DNA from: Eledone cirrhosa
Lineage: Eukaryota
Assembly (NCBI GenBank): GCA_964016885.1
Contig: OZ024743.1
Span: 9,238,001-9,302,000, forward strand
DNA: 64,000 nt
Reading direction: 5' to 3'
How positions within the stretch are numbered: position 1 is the first letter of the stretch; every line of letters starts with the position of its first letter. Shown piece after piece: positions 38,306 through 52,128 of this stretch. The position numbers were made by a program, and so were the translations under genes. The notes under the pieces were generated by a model. That model searched no databases, had not been told where the DNA came from, and saw only the letters and a list, made by a program, of their open reading frames with translations.

Positions 38306-39449
38306 GGACCAATTTAGCTAACCCAATGTGTGGTCCAATTTAGCTAACCCAATGTGTGGTCCAATTTAGCTAACCCAATGTGTGGTCCAATTTAGCTAAC
38401 CCAGTGTGTGGTCCAATTTAGCTAACCCAGTGTGTGGTCCAATTTAGCTAACCCAGTGTGTGGTCCAATTTAGCTAACCCAATGTGTGGTCCAATTTAGC
38501 TAACCCAGTGTGTGGTCCAATTTAGCTAACCCAATGTGTGGTCCAAATTAGCTAACCCAATGTGTGGTCCAATTTAGCTAACCCAGTGTGTGGTCCAATT
38601 TAGCTAACCCAATGTGTGGTCCAAATTAGCTAACCCAATGTGTGGTCCAAATTAGCTAACCCAGTGTGTGGTCCAATTTAGCTAACCCAATGTGTGGTCC
38701 AAATTAGCTAACCCAATGTGTGGTCCAATTTAGCTAACCCAATGTGTGGTCCAATTTAGCTAACCCAATGTGTGGTCCAATTTAGCTAACCCAGTGTGTG
38801 GTCCAATTTAGCTAACCCAATGTGTGGTCCAATTTAGCTAACCCAATGTGTGGTCCAAATTAGCTAACCCAGTGTGTGGTCCAATTTAGCTAACCCAATG
38901 TGTGGTCCAATTTAGCTAACCCAATGTGTGGTCCAAATTAGCTAACCCAGTGTGTGGTCCAATTTAGCTAACCCAGTGTGTGGTCCAATTTAGCTAACCC
39001 AATGTGTGGTCCAAATTAGCTAACCCAGTGTGTGGTCCAATTTAGCTAACCCAGTGTGTGGTCCAATTTAGCTAACCCAATGTGTGGTCCAAATTAGCTA
39101 ACCCAGTGTGTGGTCCAATTTAGCTAACCCAATGTGTGGTCCAAATTAGCTAACCCAATGTGTGGTCCAATTTAGCTAACCCAATGTGTGGTCCAAATTA
39201 GCTAACCCAATGTGTGGTCCAATTTAGCTAACCCAATGTGTGGTCCAATTTAGCTAACCCAGTGTGTGGTCCAATTTAGCTAACCCAATGTGTAGTCCAA
39301 TTTAGCTAACCCAGTGTGTGGTCCAATTTAGCTAACCCAGTGTGTGGTCCAATTTAGCTAACCCAGTGTGTGGTCCAATTTAGCTAACCCAGTGTGTGGT
39401 CCAATTTAGCTAACCCAGTGTGTGGTCCAATTTAGCTAACCGAATATGT
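38306..39449. repeat. 26-bp minisatellite, ~44 copies
   Basis: Unit ggtccaa(t/a)ttagctaaccca(a/g)tgtgt with no spacers. Confidence 0.97.
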
Positions 39450-41399
39450 GCTTGGCTATGAGGGAACTTATAAATACTATTACATTTACACATACAACTT
39501 AACAAATATTTAAAGTGTGTGTTATATGCAAGAAATTCGTAATTTTATATAAAGCAAACAGAGATCATATAATATACAGCAAAGGTTGACATGAAGCTTT
39601 GTGAAATTCGAAATACACTGATATAAGATATAATTTTCCCTTTTCCAGAAATAATGATAAAAAAGACCGGCGGTTTATAAATATAAAATTTCTGATACCG
39701 ATAGGAGAAACTACATTCAGCTTACCGACCGGGAAACAAATTAGCCGAATTGGTTTAGTGAAAAGAAAGCAAATATTTCCGTGGGTAAATTGACTATTAA
39801 GCATGCCTCGTTATCTACTTCAGAAATATATGAGATAACGTTAACCTATTTATAAACTATATAATTGCAACTATTCTTATATTCTACTATTAGGTGGTAC
39901 GGAACGATTTAAACCGAAATTATGAACACAAATTATGTACTTGCATCTGTACTTATGTCTGTATTATAAATTAATACATAATGACTAGATATTTTATTAA
40001 CAGCCAATAATGTCATCATTTATATTGAATACTTGAATGATTCTGAAATACTTGAGCAATAACCTCTTTCATTTAGCCAACTGGAACGGTAGAACAGAAA
40101 TAGATGCAGAACCAGCAACTAATCAATAACACCACTATCTATCAGAAAAAATACAACCGTCAGTCTCAATAGAATTCTAAAGTAATGAATATCATTGAAA
40201 ATTATTGAAGCCAAACAGGCATATATAAGGTAAACAAAACTTTTAAAATGTTAAATTCCCTTTGAAATTATATAACTTTATATCAAACAAGTTGTTAGGA
40301 ACGTTGTCATGGTATAGACGATAGTTTGTTTCTGAAATCTTAAGTGTACTGTCAAATAGAATTTAAAGAATGGTAGGTCACGTTACTAAGGCTAATACAC
40401 GTTTCAGAGAAGGATCATTTGAATGAAATCCACAGGCTCACAGCAGCACAGCAAACACATGTTTACTTGTCACAAAATACTTGAGCGAATAATACTGTTG
40501 CAGTTTGAAACTTCATGCCGATTTGTGATTACTGGAAGAAGGGCCTACATAATAGAATAATGCACTTGACTAAGGCAGTGATAGTACTGAGTCCGTACAA
40601 GATGGAAGTGAGTTGACTTCCTGGGCGAAATGAAATGAACTAACGTTTCAGATATTATCTCTTCTTGGGAGAGAGAATATATATGTATTATCACTAAGGT
40701 TACAGATCTCCGAGTGAGAAATTGAATAAAGGAGTGGTAGGGAGAAGTTGATGTGAAGAAAGGAGGGGAAAGCCAGTGGGAGTTGGTGTAAGTAGTGTAC
40801 GAGCTGTACGTAGGAAGAGGAAGTATGAGTTGAAGGTTTCGTTTTTTTGTAAGGGGCGGGGAGGTGTTTGCATAATGATCCAAGTCAGTCAATATGGGAG
40901 AGATGTGTTTAGAGATAAGCCATGTGAGTTTGGAAATAAATGATAATGCAAGGCAAAGACAAAGGGTGGACAAAAGGACGAATATACAATAACATTGACG
41001 CGTATGCCCCCAAAATGGGGAGTTGGGAATGGAAATGGTTGAAGCAGCTAGTAAAGAACTGAGATCAACAAGGAGTGGCCAGTTGTAAATTATGAAAAAT
41101 ATTAGGATTCTGAGGAAGTGATCATGATTACGACAACAAAAACGTATATTAGGGTATGTAAAAAGATGGGGTGATGCGTGGAGTATGAAAATAGTAAATA
41201 GAGAAGTCAAACAACGCGCTATCTCATTGTACACATGTAAAAATTAGTATATGCAATAATATACACCTCAATCCAACCAAATCTCGCCATATGGCGGTGC
41301 CCCAGTATGGCCTCAGCCTGACGGCGGGAACACGTAATACAATAATAGAGTAATAAGAAAAATAACTTTTGAGAGAGCGGGGAATAGAAGGTAGAATCA

Positions 41400-42650
41400 G
41401 AGCAAGTTGAGAGAGAGTGTCAGCTAAAACGTTACTTGTGATTATAAGTCTCATTAGAGCCAAAATGCTGAATACCACATACCGAGATGTCATAAGAACA
41501 TTGACTAGGAGGAATTAGGTGTCGGGTTTTGAGGACTCTCTAAACGTAGTTACCAATGTTCAGTATATGCTAAAGAAATCTGTTTGCTGAACGGCGACCC
41601 GTTCTACCTAATTGTAATGCACTACAGAACTCGCAAGTTACGCAGCACACCAGATTAGAAGTGGGACCTAGTGGAGTAGTTCTATGGAATGTAAAGCAAC
41701 AAATAAAGAATTGATGTTGGAAGTACATCAATGTACCGAGTTAGATGTATCTAAGAATCAGCTAGAAAATAGTGTATAATTTTTTTGTTATAAAATAGAG
41801 ATGGCAGCTCTGGAAAAGTATGACCAATGCGGGGCCGAATAATAGAAAGAGATAGTTGTAGTGTAAGGGGATCTAATGTCTTTGTGTGGAATATGAAGAC
41901 CAATGAAATTCTGAGTACAGGAGGATGACAGCGTGGAATGAATAAAGCAGTGAGACTGGTGGACTGTGGTCAGTGGAGACTAGTGTTTACGTCAAGTTAG
42001 TTGTACTAGTGTGAGAAGAAATAAGGCATTTGCTTCGACTTATGGCTTTTTGGCAGAGGTGACGAAGAAAAGAATAGTTGGTGTGAATGAAATATGAGGA
42101 TCTACAGGTTTGTGATTAACTAATGGGAAGGGAGATGTGAAACCGATTGAGATAGATAGATCGAGGAAATTGATGAAAGAAATGCCAGAGCTGAGTTCAA
42201 GTGTTGGGTGGAAACTATTGCTGATGAGGGATATGAAAAGATTGAGCTTCTCTTTGGTGAGTGAAATCTGACCAATACAGTTATCGATGTAATAACCGCA
42301 GAGCTTATTGATCGGTCCAACAATCTGAGTGAAATTTTGAGATTCAATGTAGCTAAAATATATTTTGACGTAACCACTGCTTCTTTCCTTCTCAATTTGA
42401 CAGCAGAAAAATATCTAGTCAGATTTAGGACAGGTTTAGTGAGAAGGAAAAGTGCAGATGTTATAGGTTCACGTGTGCATGACAGTTAAAATGATTTTTA
42501 GGTTGAGTGGTTGACGTGGTGTTGGGCAAAGGTAAATAGAGAATTTACGTCTGATTGGAATATGAGTTTCGAGAGTCTAAATAGGAAGAAAAAGGAGTTG
42601 AAAAGATGGCGGGTATAACTGGTGCCCTTGATATAAGATGAAGGGGCAGT
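41400..42650 (-). mobile_element. Old decayed Penelope-like element (RT and GIY-YIG traces)
   Basis: YVKIYFSYIESQ...LCGYYIDNCIG (YIDD-like); SFHPTLEL..INFLDLSI...HKPVDPH; SNLVCCVTCEFC..LQLGRTGRRSANRFL*H. Confidence 0.7.
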
Positions 42651-42687
42651 AGCCAAAACGATCTCTCTCTCTCTCTCTTTCTCCCCC

Positions 42688-42740
<53 letters not shown>

Positions 42741-42879
42741 TATGTGTGTGTGTGTGAGTGTGTGAGTGTGTGTGTGTGTGTGTGCATGTGTGTATTTTTA
42801 AAAAAGCAAGAAAAATTTAAACATATTCACAAATGGACAGTGTGAGTACTCCTCACTTTGTTAAATAAAATAAGAATAT

Positions 42880-43050
42880 AGTTGTTTCTACACATGGCTC
42901 AAAGCCAGTAATTCGAAGAGAAGGCAAAGTCGATTATGTCGACCGTAGTCCATTACTGGTCGACCCCGAAAGGATGAAAGGCAAAGCTAACCTCTGCGGG
43001 ATTTTAACTCAGAACGTAAAGAACCAGCGATACTGCCAATCCATCACCCT
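42880..43050 (-). mobile_element. SINE family A-related copy
   Basis: cgaccccgaaaggatgaaaggcaaagctaacc..actcagaacgtaaa..tactgccaat. Confidence 0.75.
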
Positions 43051-43942
43051 AGTCAATACGAAGATAGTGAGAAATAAATAAGGGAAAATAACACCAAGAA
43101 GCAAAAGCAGAAAGAAAAATAGAAGAAAATGAAAGACAAAATCTTAAATACAAACTCATAAGCACACTTATAGAATTGTTCAAAATATGAACTCATGATA
43201 ATTTGTGTATATTAAAAATAGAAATGTCGATAATCATAAGCTTATAAAGTCATTTGGTATATTCACAAAAGTCAGTGGACCATAGCAGTGTTTAAGAAGT
43301 CAATGATTCTAGTAGAGCAGCTTACTATTAATAGTAACTGTCGTGTAACTGTGCAATTAACACACACATATGTTTAGTTACATCCCAATAGGACAATTAT
43401 CACATTTTGGGGACTATTTATTTACATCATCACCAGACACACTCAGCTTCTGTCTGCAGGATATCCTGGCAATAGGAATACACTTAACCTTTTTTCTGTC
43501 TTTTATTTTTGTTTTTGACATCCGTTGCCTCCCTTTAAGACATCTGTTTATTAAATAGTACAGCACTTCGGCTGTATCATTTAATAAACAGATGCATCGT
43601 CGTCATCATTCTCATCTTCCTCTATTCATTTTACCTCTTCTCTCTCATCATCATAATCTTAACCATCATCCCTATCAACTCGATCATTGTTATCAACATC
43701 ATCATCATTATCAACATGATCCCCATAATTATCACAATCATTAACAATAACAAGAACAACAACAGCAGTACGAATAATAAACAATGGCAGTACGAATAAT
43801 AAATAATATTTTTTGTAGATACTAGAATAATGGTTTGAACTCAGGTCATATGTATTGTAAAGTGTATTACATTGATATAAATACAAAACTATATTCTTCG
43901 GTACTCTATCTTTTCTACCACACCACTATCTAGAACTAACAA

Positions 43943-44124
43943 ATAATTGTTTCTACTATTGGCACAAGGCCAGAAATGACCCAGTACATTACTGGTACTT
44001 TATTTTATCGACCCCGTAAGGATGAAAGGCAAAGCTAACTTCGACGGGATTTGAACTCAGAATGGCAAGGGCCGTAACTCTATGCGTCAAAGCATGGCGT
44101 CCGACCCTCTACCGATACTGCCAA
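43943..44124 (-). mobile_element. SINE family A
   Basis: Near-consensus reverse complement. Confidence 0.9.
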
Positions 44125-45856
44125 TGTTTGTTTCTTACATTAAAAGTAGTTTACGTATTCAGTTTACAATAGTGAGATATAGAAGAATATATACCTTAAT
44201 TTTCGTCTTGACCTTTTGTTATCAATGGTATCCATAAATGGGTATACACTGCTACAGACCTTATGTAAAAATAGAAAGGACAGTTACAAGAGTGAATGAA
44301 GTAAACGACGACGTGTTTCGTACAATATATATGGAAATATTTAATCATACGTATAGGAATAGTAATCCACTGAATACATTTCCACAAAAGATCGGCGCTT
44401 GACACAGAATTGCGTAGAGAAAATTAGAATGTATTAATGTTATACAGTGATATGATTTCAATCGTGTATCAAAATAAGACTGCTTGTTCATTCGCCCGAA
44501 ATTGGCAGCACCTAGTAACCATCAACCAACAAGTAAAATATATTATGAAACAAATGAAAACAAAAAACGTCGTCGAAATATCAAAAGCAATAAAAGTGTA
44601 AAGCTCTTCGTGGAAAGTATCTCGAGACGAAAATAAATTTACGACCAACTGGTTGAGCATCCAAAGACATATGTATCCTTGATGTAATTTTTAAGAAGAT
44701 TCAGTGACAGTATGTGGCAAAGCTGGCCCTTTCAATTACAGAATGTACAGTCAATCTGACTAGCTTCGAAACAGTTTCCGTTTAGCCAATTTCATTTATT
44801 AAGGGTTTGGTCGACCCGAGGATATGGTAAATGATACGTGCTAAAGATATGATGCAATGGGATCGAACCAGGTACCTCATGATTGTGAATCAAAAGTGTC
44901 CTCACACTTTAATTACGGGCAAGTAATAAACCAAGATTGATACACAAGAAACCCCATTAATTGTAAGCAATAGTGGAGTATGAGGTGACAACTGACCCTT
45001 TTGATGTCCATTAACCGTTACACAGATCAATTGGCTACATACATTGTAGACTCACTAATCCCAAGTAGAATGCTAGCTGAAATCTAGTGCGTGGAAAAAT
45101 GAAGATGCCACTGGACGTCTCCCGATTTTAGAGCCAAGAGGCCAAAGGTGGACTGGGACTGTGGAGCAGGAAACCAGTTCGGAAGGAGCCTTCCAGATAT
45201 CCTTCGAACAATAAAAGTATCATTGGGCTTAGTGTGTGGCAGTACAGGAAGCTTAGTAATTAATTCCAGTTTTTTTCGACAGAGCTCGTATGGAAAGTCA
45301 CTATAGTGAATTTACAAATAGCTTAGAAACAAGCAAAAGTAGATTGATTTTTATAAGTGAAAACTAATAACAAAAGTATAAACTTTTCTATCTGAAGGAC
45401 ACAAGTACAAACTAGAAGCTAATTATACCAAGGGAAAAAGCTTTAGATAATTACAAAACAACAGAAAAATTAAAGCAAAAATGATAGTATCAAAGCAGAA
45501 CTAAAAAAAAAAAATCACAATGTAAAAAATATCTCCATGGTCAATATCCGGCAAACTGGACAGTGATGAAGTGAGTCAGTATGAAAGACAACACCAGTTT
45601 AAAGGTTTTGTTGTAGATGTTATTATTATGGTTGTTACCGCTACGGTTAGAGTTTACGTCGTTGTAACTGGTAGAGTTTTGTTAGCAGTGAGGTAAAGAT
45701 TCTCTCTAAGCTAGTTTTCTCTCTCATAAAAAGAAAATTTAGAGGTGAGTTTTTTAACACTTCAGTAGCATTTGGGTTATCTCCCTTTTACTACTGCACG
45801 TATTTTGTTGTAAATCAAGCAGACCCAAAATCTCATCTTTTTTTGCTTGATTAACA

Positions 45857-45940
45857 AGTCTGATGAGCAGATTGGGCTGCAGTCGCGTCTCTAGCATTTA
45901 CATAGATCTTGAGCCACCCATTTGTGAAATGGTCGTAACT
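45857..45940 (+). ncRNA. Type I hammerhead motif with a long stem II
   Basis: agt-CTGATGA-gcagattggg...cccatttgt-GAAA-tggtcg-TA-act. A second, weaker motif lies at ~46165-46201. Confidence 0.6.
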
Positions 45941-46371
45941 GTGCATAATCAATAAAGACTTTAATGTGAAACCTTGTTTTGTTCTTAGTATATACATGCT
46001 GCCATAGCATAGTGCTGATTTTTGGTACCTTGCTCAGTAAACCACGAATCTACAGAACTAATTTGACTGAATACGCATGTGTAGTTTTTACACGCGCCTT
46101 TTTTCTTATTTTTCCTTTCCTTTTCATTCTTTATCTTTCTATTTATCTTCTATTTCTAACTTTATCTTCTGATGAAGGACTAGTGCCCGAAACATTACGA
46201 CTATTTTCCTGCTATTTCAAGCGGTAAACTAATATATTTCTTCAATGTACTGTATGGTTTGCTTTTTTATTTCTGTTTACATTTTACACACACACACACA
46301 CACACACAGACACAGACAGACAGACAGACAGACACACACACACACATACACCCACACACACATACACACAG

Positions 46372-46405
<34 letters not shown>

Positions 46406-46744
46406 CATATTGGACAGAAAGTTCTCACCGATTTTCAAATTTTTATTGACTTTGGCATTTTTTAACATTAGGAAAAGTTTGAGTCAAATTAATCGCTATC
46501 ATTTGCAATTATCGTCTGCCATCGTTTAGGAAGGCATATGCTTCCACCTCTGTAGAATTCTTCTGGCTCTGATGCCAAGAATTCCGTCAGCAACTGATAT
46601 AACTAGTCTTCTTTGGCGAAGGTCTTTGACTGCATTGCATATAGTGCTTACCAACGCCACTTAATATATATGTGTGCGCATGCACAAACTTCAACATTTC
46701 CAGAAAACTCCTTTTGAAAAATGATGGGAGCTTTCTGTCCAATT

Positions 46745-46810
<66 letters not shown>

Positions 46811-46827
46811 AGAAAATATTAAAAAAT

Positions 46828-47691
<864 letters not shown>

Positions 47692-47956
47692 AAAAGTATA
47701 TATTGAGTTAGAAACTCAAAGTAGTCCCTTACAATTAAATAGCTCAAGGAAAAAAAATTTCCGGCCCGTGTAATATAATTCAATATAATAAAGAGAGATA
47801 AACGCAGATATATACATATATGTGTTCAAATCGTAAGGGACCAGATTCACTAGGGTGAATAGGATACTAACTATGAACAATACGGTTTGCCAGACTCAAT
47901 TTAAAAGAATAAATTAAGAAAAAGTACAAACCGACATTGTGACAATTATCAAGTGT

Positions 47957-48034
47957 ACATCCAGATAGTTCTTGGCAAAACTGTTTCGCATTAAGTGAAG
48001 GGAATTACCAATTCTATTGCTCGTCAGTGGATGT
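47957..48034 (-). ncRNA. Type I hammerhead motif with a full stem III
   Basis: acatcca-CTGACGA-gc...gc-GAAA-cagtttt gcca agaacta-TC-tggatgt: 7-bp stem I, AUC site, C.A mismatch at the base of stem III. Confidence 0.7.
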
Positions 48035-48529
48035 GTGAATCAGTAAACCTTTCACTTCTAGGTTTCTTAGAATGTACACTTGTAAATATATATATATATA
48101 TATTTATGTGTGAGTGTGTGTGTTTGTGGGTGTGTTTGCGTGCCCGCGAGCGCGTGTGTGTGTGCGTGCATGCGTGTGTTTAAATATAGCCAGTCACTGC
48201 ATTTGTGCGTAGTTGTGTGATTTCTGAGCTTGCGTTGATCAATGTACACATAGCATACTTAGAAATACAAATATCTTGAAAAAAATTAAATAATACACAC
48301 TCACACACTCCTATACATTTATATAACAATGAAGTAACTCATTTTTCTATTGTTTATACATTTCTTACGATATGTTTTTAAACAATGGTTATAATAGATT
48401 TATCTCCAATTAATCAATGTTCGTTTATTTTGAAAGATTACCAATTTCAGATTGTTGACGTTTTATGTGTCTATAGCTCTAATAGATCTGTAGTAATACA
48501 CATTTATTTCCTATCAGTTCTGTCATATT

Positions 48530-48634
<105 letters not shown>

Positions 48635-48704
48635 TCTGTGGTGCTGAAACCGAGGAGACCACAAATCATCTGATTACTCGATACACGGGGAGATGTAGAG
48701 TGGG

Positions 48705-48823
48705 TATAGGGATGTGTAAAATCCCGACCGCTGCGCCAAGCGGTTTCGGTCTCTGTATTAAGCAAACTGTAAAACACAAACCGAAACCGCTTGGCGCCGC
48801 CGCGGTCGGGTTTTTACCCATCT
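48705..48823. repeat. GC-rich inverted repeat, probable PLE terminal remnant
   Basis: aaatcccgaccgc..gcgccaagcggtttcggt / accgaaaccgcttggcgc..gcggtcggg. A related sequence lies at ~28428-28460. Confidence 0.7.
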
Positions 48824-48852
48824 TTCTCTGTCTCTCTCTCCCGCTCTCTCCC

Positions 48853-48895
<43 letters not shown>

Positions 48896-49153
48896 CTTGG
48901 AAAAGTCTTTTTCCTAGAGCTAATTTACTGTGATGAGTCTATTTTGAGTTTCTCATTCAATACAAGCTTTTGATATATTCGGCTCCGTTAATTCGTAGAG
49001 CTATTTCAAATGTCATGTAGACCCGGCTGTTATTTCTAGTGGCGTAAGTCTACGCGACACGCTAAGTTCGGGAACCATGTGCGTTATATATACACACACT
49101 TTCCAGTTTTCTATTTGATTTAGAAGTAGAAGTGAGGAGTATACTAATTTCAA

Positions 49154-49234
49154 CACCCACTGATGAGCCTGGAATTCGGTATTTCTCTTCGCAAATAATA
49201 TTGCGAAGCGGTTATATCAAAAGCCGTCTGGGTG
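49154..49234 (+). ncRNA. Hammerhead-like motif with a full stem III (GAAA mutated to GAAG)
   Basis: caccca-CTGATGA-gc...gc-GAAG-cggtt..agccg-TC-tgggtg (GUC site). Confidence 0.55.
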
Positions 49235-49414
49235 ATGGTAGTTACCACAATATTGGTTTGTATTTATTTTTCTTAATTTGTTCTTAAATTGAGACCACCA
49301 AACCCTATTGTCTGTAGTTAGTATTTTTTTCACCTGAGCGATTTTGGTCCATTATGATTTGAACACACATATATATATATATATGCCTGCGTTCGTTTTT
49401 TCCTTTTTGCTCAG

Positions 49415-49495
<81 letters not shown>

Positions 49496-49626
49496 GTAAG
49501 TATTTCCGTGGAAAAGGTAAAGGGAAGAAGAGTGCTCTATGTATTCTACAGAGCTTTTTAATTACATAATAAATAACACAATATAATTATTCAATTACCA
49601 AAGGTTTCAGGAGACTATTATGTAAT

Positions 49627-49718
<92 letters not shown>

Positions 49719-49848
49719 GAAAAAGAGATGAAATCGAAAATGCAACTGGCGTCTTATTTTTTTTAAAAATATATATATTTATTTGTTATAATAAATAACA
49801 CAATATAATTATTCAATTACCAAAGGTTTCAGGAGACTATTATGTAAT

Positions 49849-49924
<76 letters not shown>

Positions 49925-50807
49925 GAAAAAGAGATGAAATCGAAAATGCAACTGGCGTCTTATTTTTTTTAAAAATATATATATTTACCGGTTTCGCAGT
50001 TCTTCTGCTTTTCAAAAGGTGAGTTGAGATGGAGGGTCTGTGGTTTTTCTAGAAGTAATTTGATTGGTTTGTCAATAATTATAATAAATTTCGCGCCAGT
50101 TCGCGTTACAATAGTTCTTCAAATAAGAGGGGGGGGGGGGGTTGTCACAGGTTGATTTTTTCATATATGAGTGTTTGAATTTCTTTTTACTTGAAAAAAG
50201 GGGCTCACGAAGGCTTTTTTTTGGTTGGTTATAAATGAAATTATGGTTGTCACGTGAACAAGTTTTCATTAAATTTTCGTGCCCTTATTTGGAAATCCAG
50301 TCTGTAGCCTTTTTAGAGAATTTTATGATAAGTGAAAGATAATGGTCAAGAGAAAGGGATGGGAGAATTGTTCTGGTTCAGTGAATATGGTTAGTTCGCT
50401 GGGGTGTCAGAATTCAAATTTTCTATTGAATAAAGACAGTAAAGATATGTATGTTTATTTGTGTGCTTGTGTGTGTGTGCGTGTGTGTGTGTGTTGTGTG
50501 TGTGTGTGTTTGAATTTCTTTACTTAAAAAAAGGTGGCTCACGAAGGCTTTTTTTTAATAAACGTGATTTGATTGGTTATAAATGAAATTTGGCTGTCAC
50601 GTGAACAAGTTTTCATTACATTTTTGCGCCCTTATTTGGAAATCTATTCTGTAACCTTTATAGAGAATGTTATGACAAGGGAAAGATAGTGGTCAAGAGA
50701 AATGGGATTGGGAGAATTGTTCTGGTTCAGTGAATATGGTTAGATCGCTGGGGTGTCAGAGTTCAGATTTTCTATTGAAGTAAAGATATGTATGTTTATT
50801 TGTGTGC

Positions 50808-50857
<50 letters not shown>

Positions 50858-52128
50858 GTGTATTGGAAGATCATTCTATTAGTAGAAATGGGGGAGGGAG
50901 TTGTGTGTGTGTGTATATGGGTGTTATGTGTGTGTGCGAGTATGTTAAGATGGAGCGAATATATATTTTGTGTGTGTGTATATATGTGTGTAGGAAAGTG
51001 GTTCTATTAGTAGAAATGGGGAGGTAGTTGTGGGTGTGGGGGTTGTTATGTGTGTGTGTGGGAGTATGGTTAGCATTTAAGATGAAGAGAATATATATAT
51101 ATATATATTGTGTGTGTGTGGGTGTGTGTGTAGGAAAATGATTCCTTTAGTAGGAATATTTTTGAATGAACATATTTTCCTTACTTATTCGTATTTGTTC
51201 TGTTGTATTGTCAGTGCAAACGTATGTTAACGTTTATTTAGTTCGGGTTTTTATTTTCTAAAGTAGAATGTGTTATGTGTGTGTGTGTATGTCATATTAT
51301 GGTGTTGACATAATGTATATTAAACCATATTTAATGCTGGTCTATATTTTTGAATAAACATATTTTCCTTATTTATTCGTATTTGTTCTGTTGTATTGTT
51401 AGCGCAAAGGTAAAATGGGAAAACTTGGAATTTGGGTGTCTTATTACTTGCGCAAATGTCTAGATGTGCACTTAGTGGTATCTGTCTTGTGGTTGGATCT
51501 CGTAATTGTTGGCGATGAACTGTCATTCTGTTTCTGAGTATGAGTTTAGTTTCTCCTATATAATCTTCATTGCATCCTTTACATTTAATGGCATAAATTA
51601 GATTTTTTGATGAGCAAGTGAAGTGATTTTTTACAGTAAAATTTTGTCCTGATTTAAATGATTACGTGTTGGAATAGGTTTTGTGTGGGTTGTGATCTGC
51701 GGATCAGGTCCTGCCTTGTGTTCGGGATCTTTGGTTTTTGTTAGTAGGGTTATAGTTTTGTCTATGATTTTGGGGATTATCGTTATAGTTTTGCTGGGGG
51801 AATGTTTGACGTTTTGATACTTTTTCCCAGAAACCATAGACAAAACTATTCATAGATAAACCTATTCCAAAACCGTAGACCCCTGCCCACACAGAGCCTG
51901 TTCCAAAACCGTAGATCCCAACCCACAGAAAGGAACAAAATCTACAACCGGGACTATCAACAAACCGAACCTCAATACGTCCGAAACTTCTATACAAGAC
52001 CACACAACAACAGGGGAAATACCATTAGATATAATAATACCATTGAAAAAACAAACATTCCAGAAAAATCATTTTTTAGACCAAGGCTACAGGACTCACA
52101 ACACCCGGTGGCACAAACCGATTTTGAA

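Noticed and set aside
38306-39449. Possible CRISPR array
   Set aside because: Units are contiguous with no unique spacers, there are no cas genes, and the context is eukaryotic.
40545-41300. 229-aa minus-strand ORF
   Set aside because: No recognisable motifs; composition-biased and probably decayed retroelement UTR.
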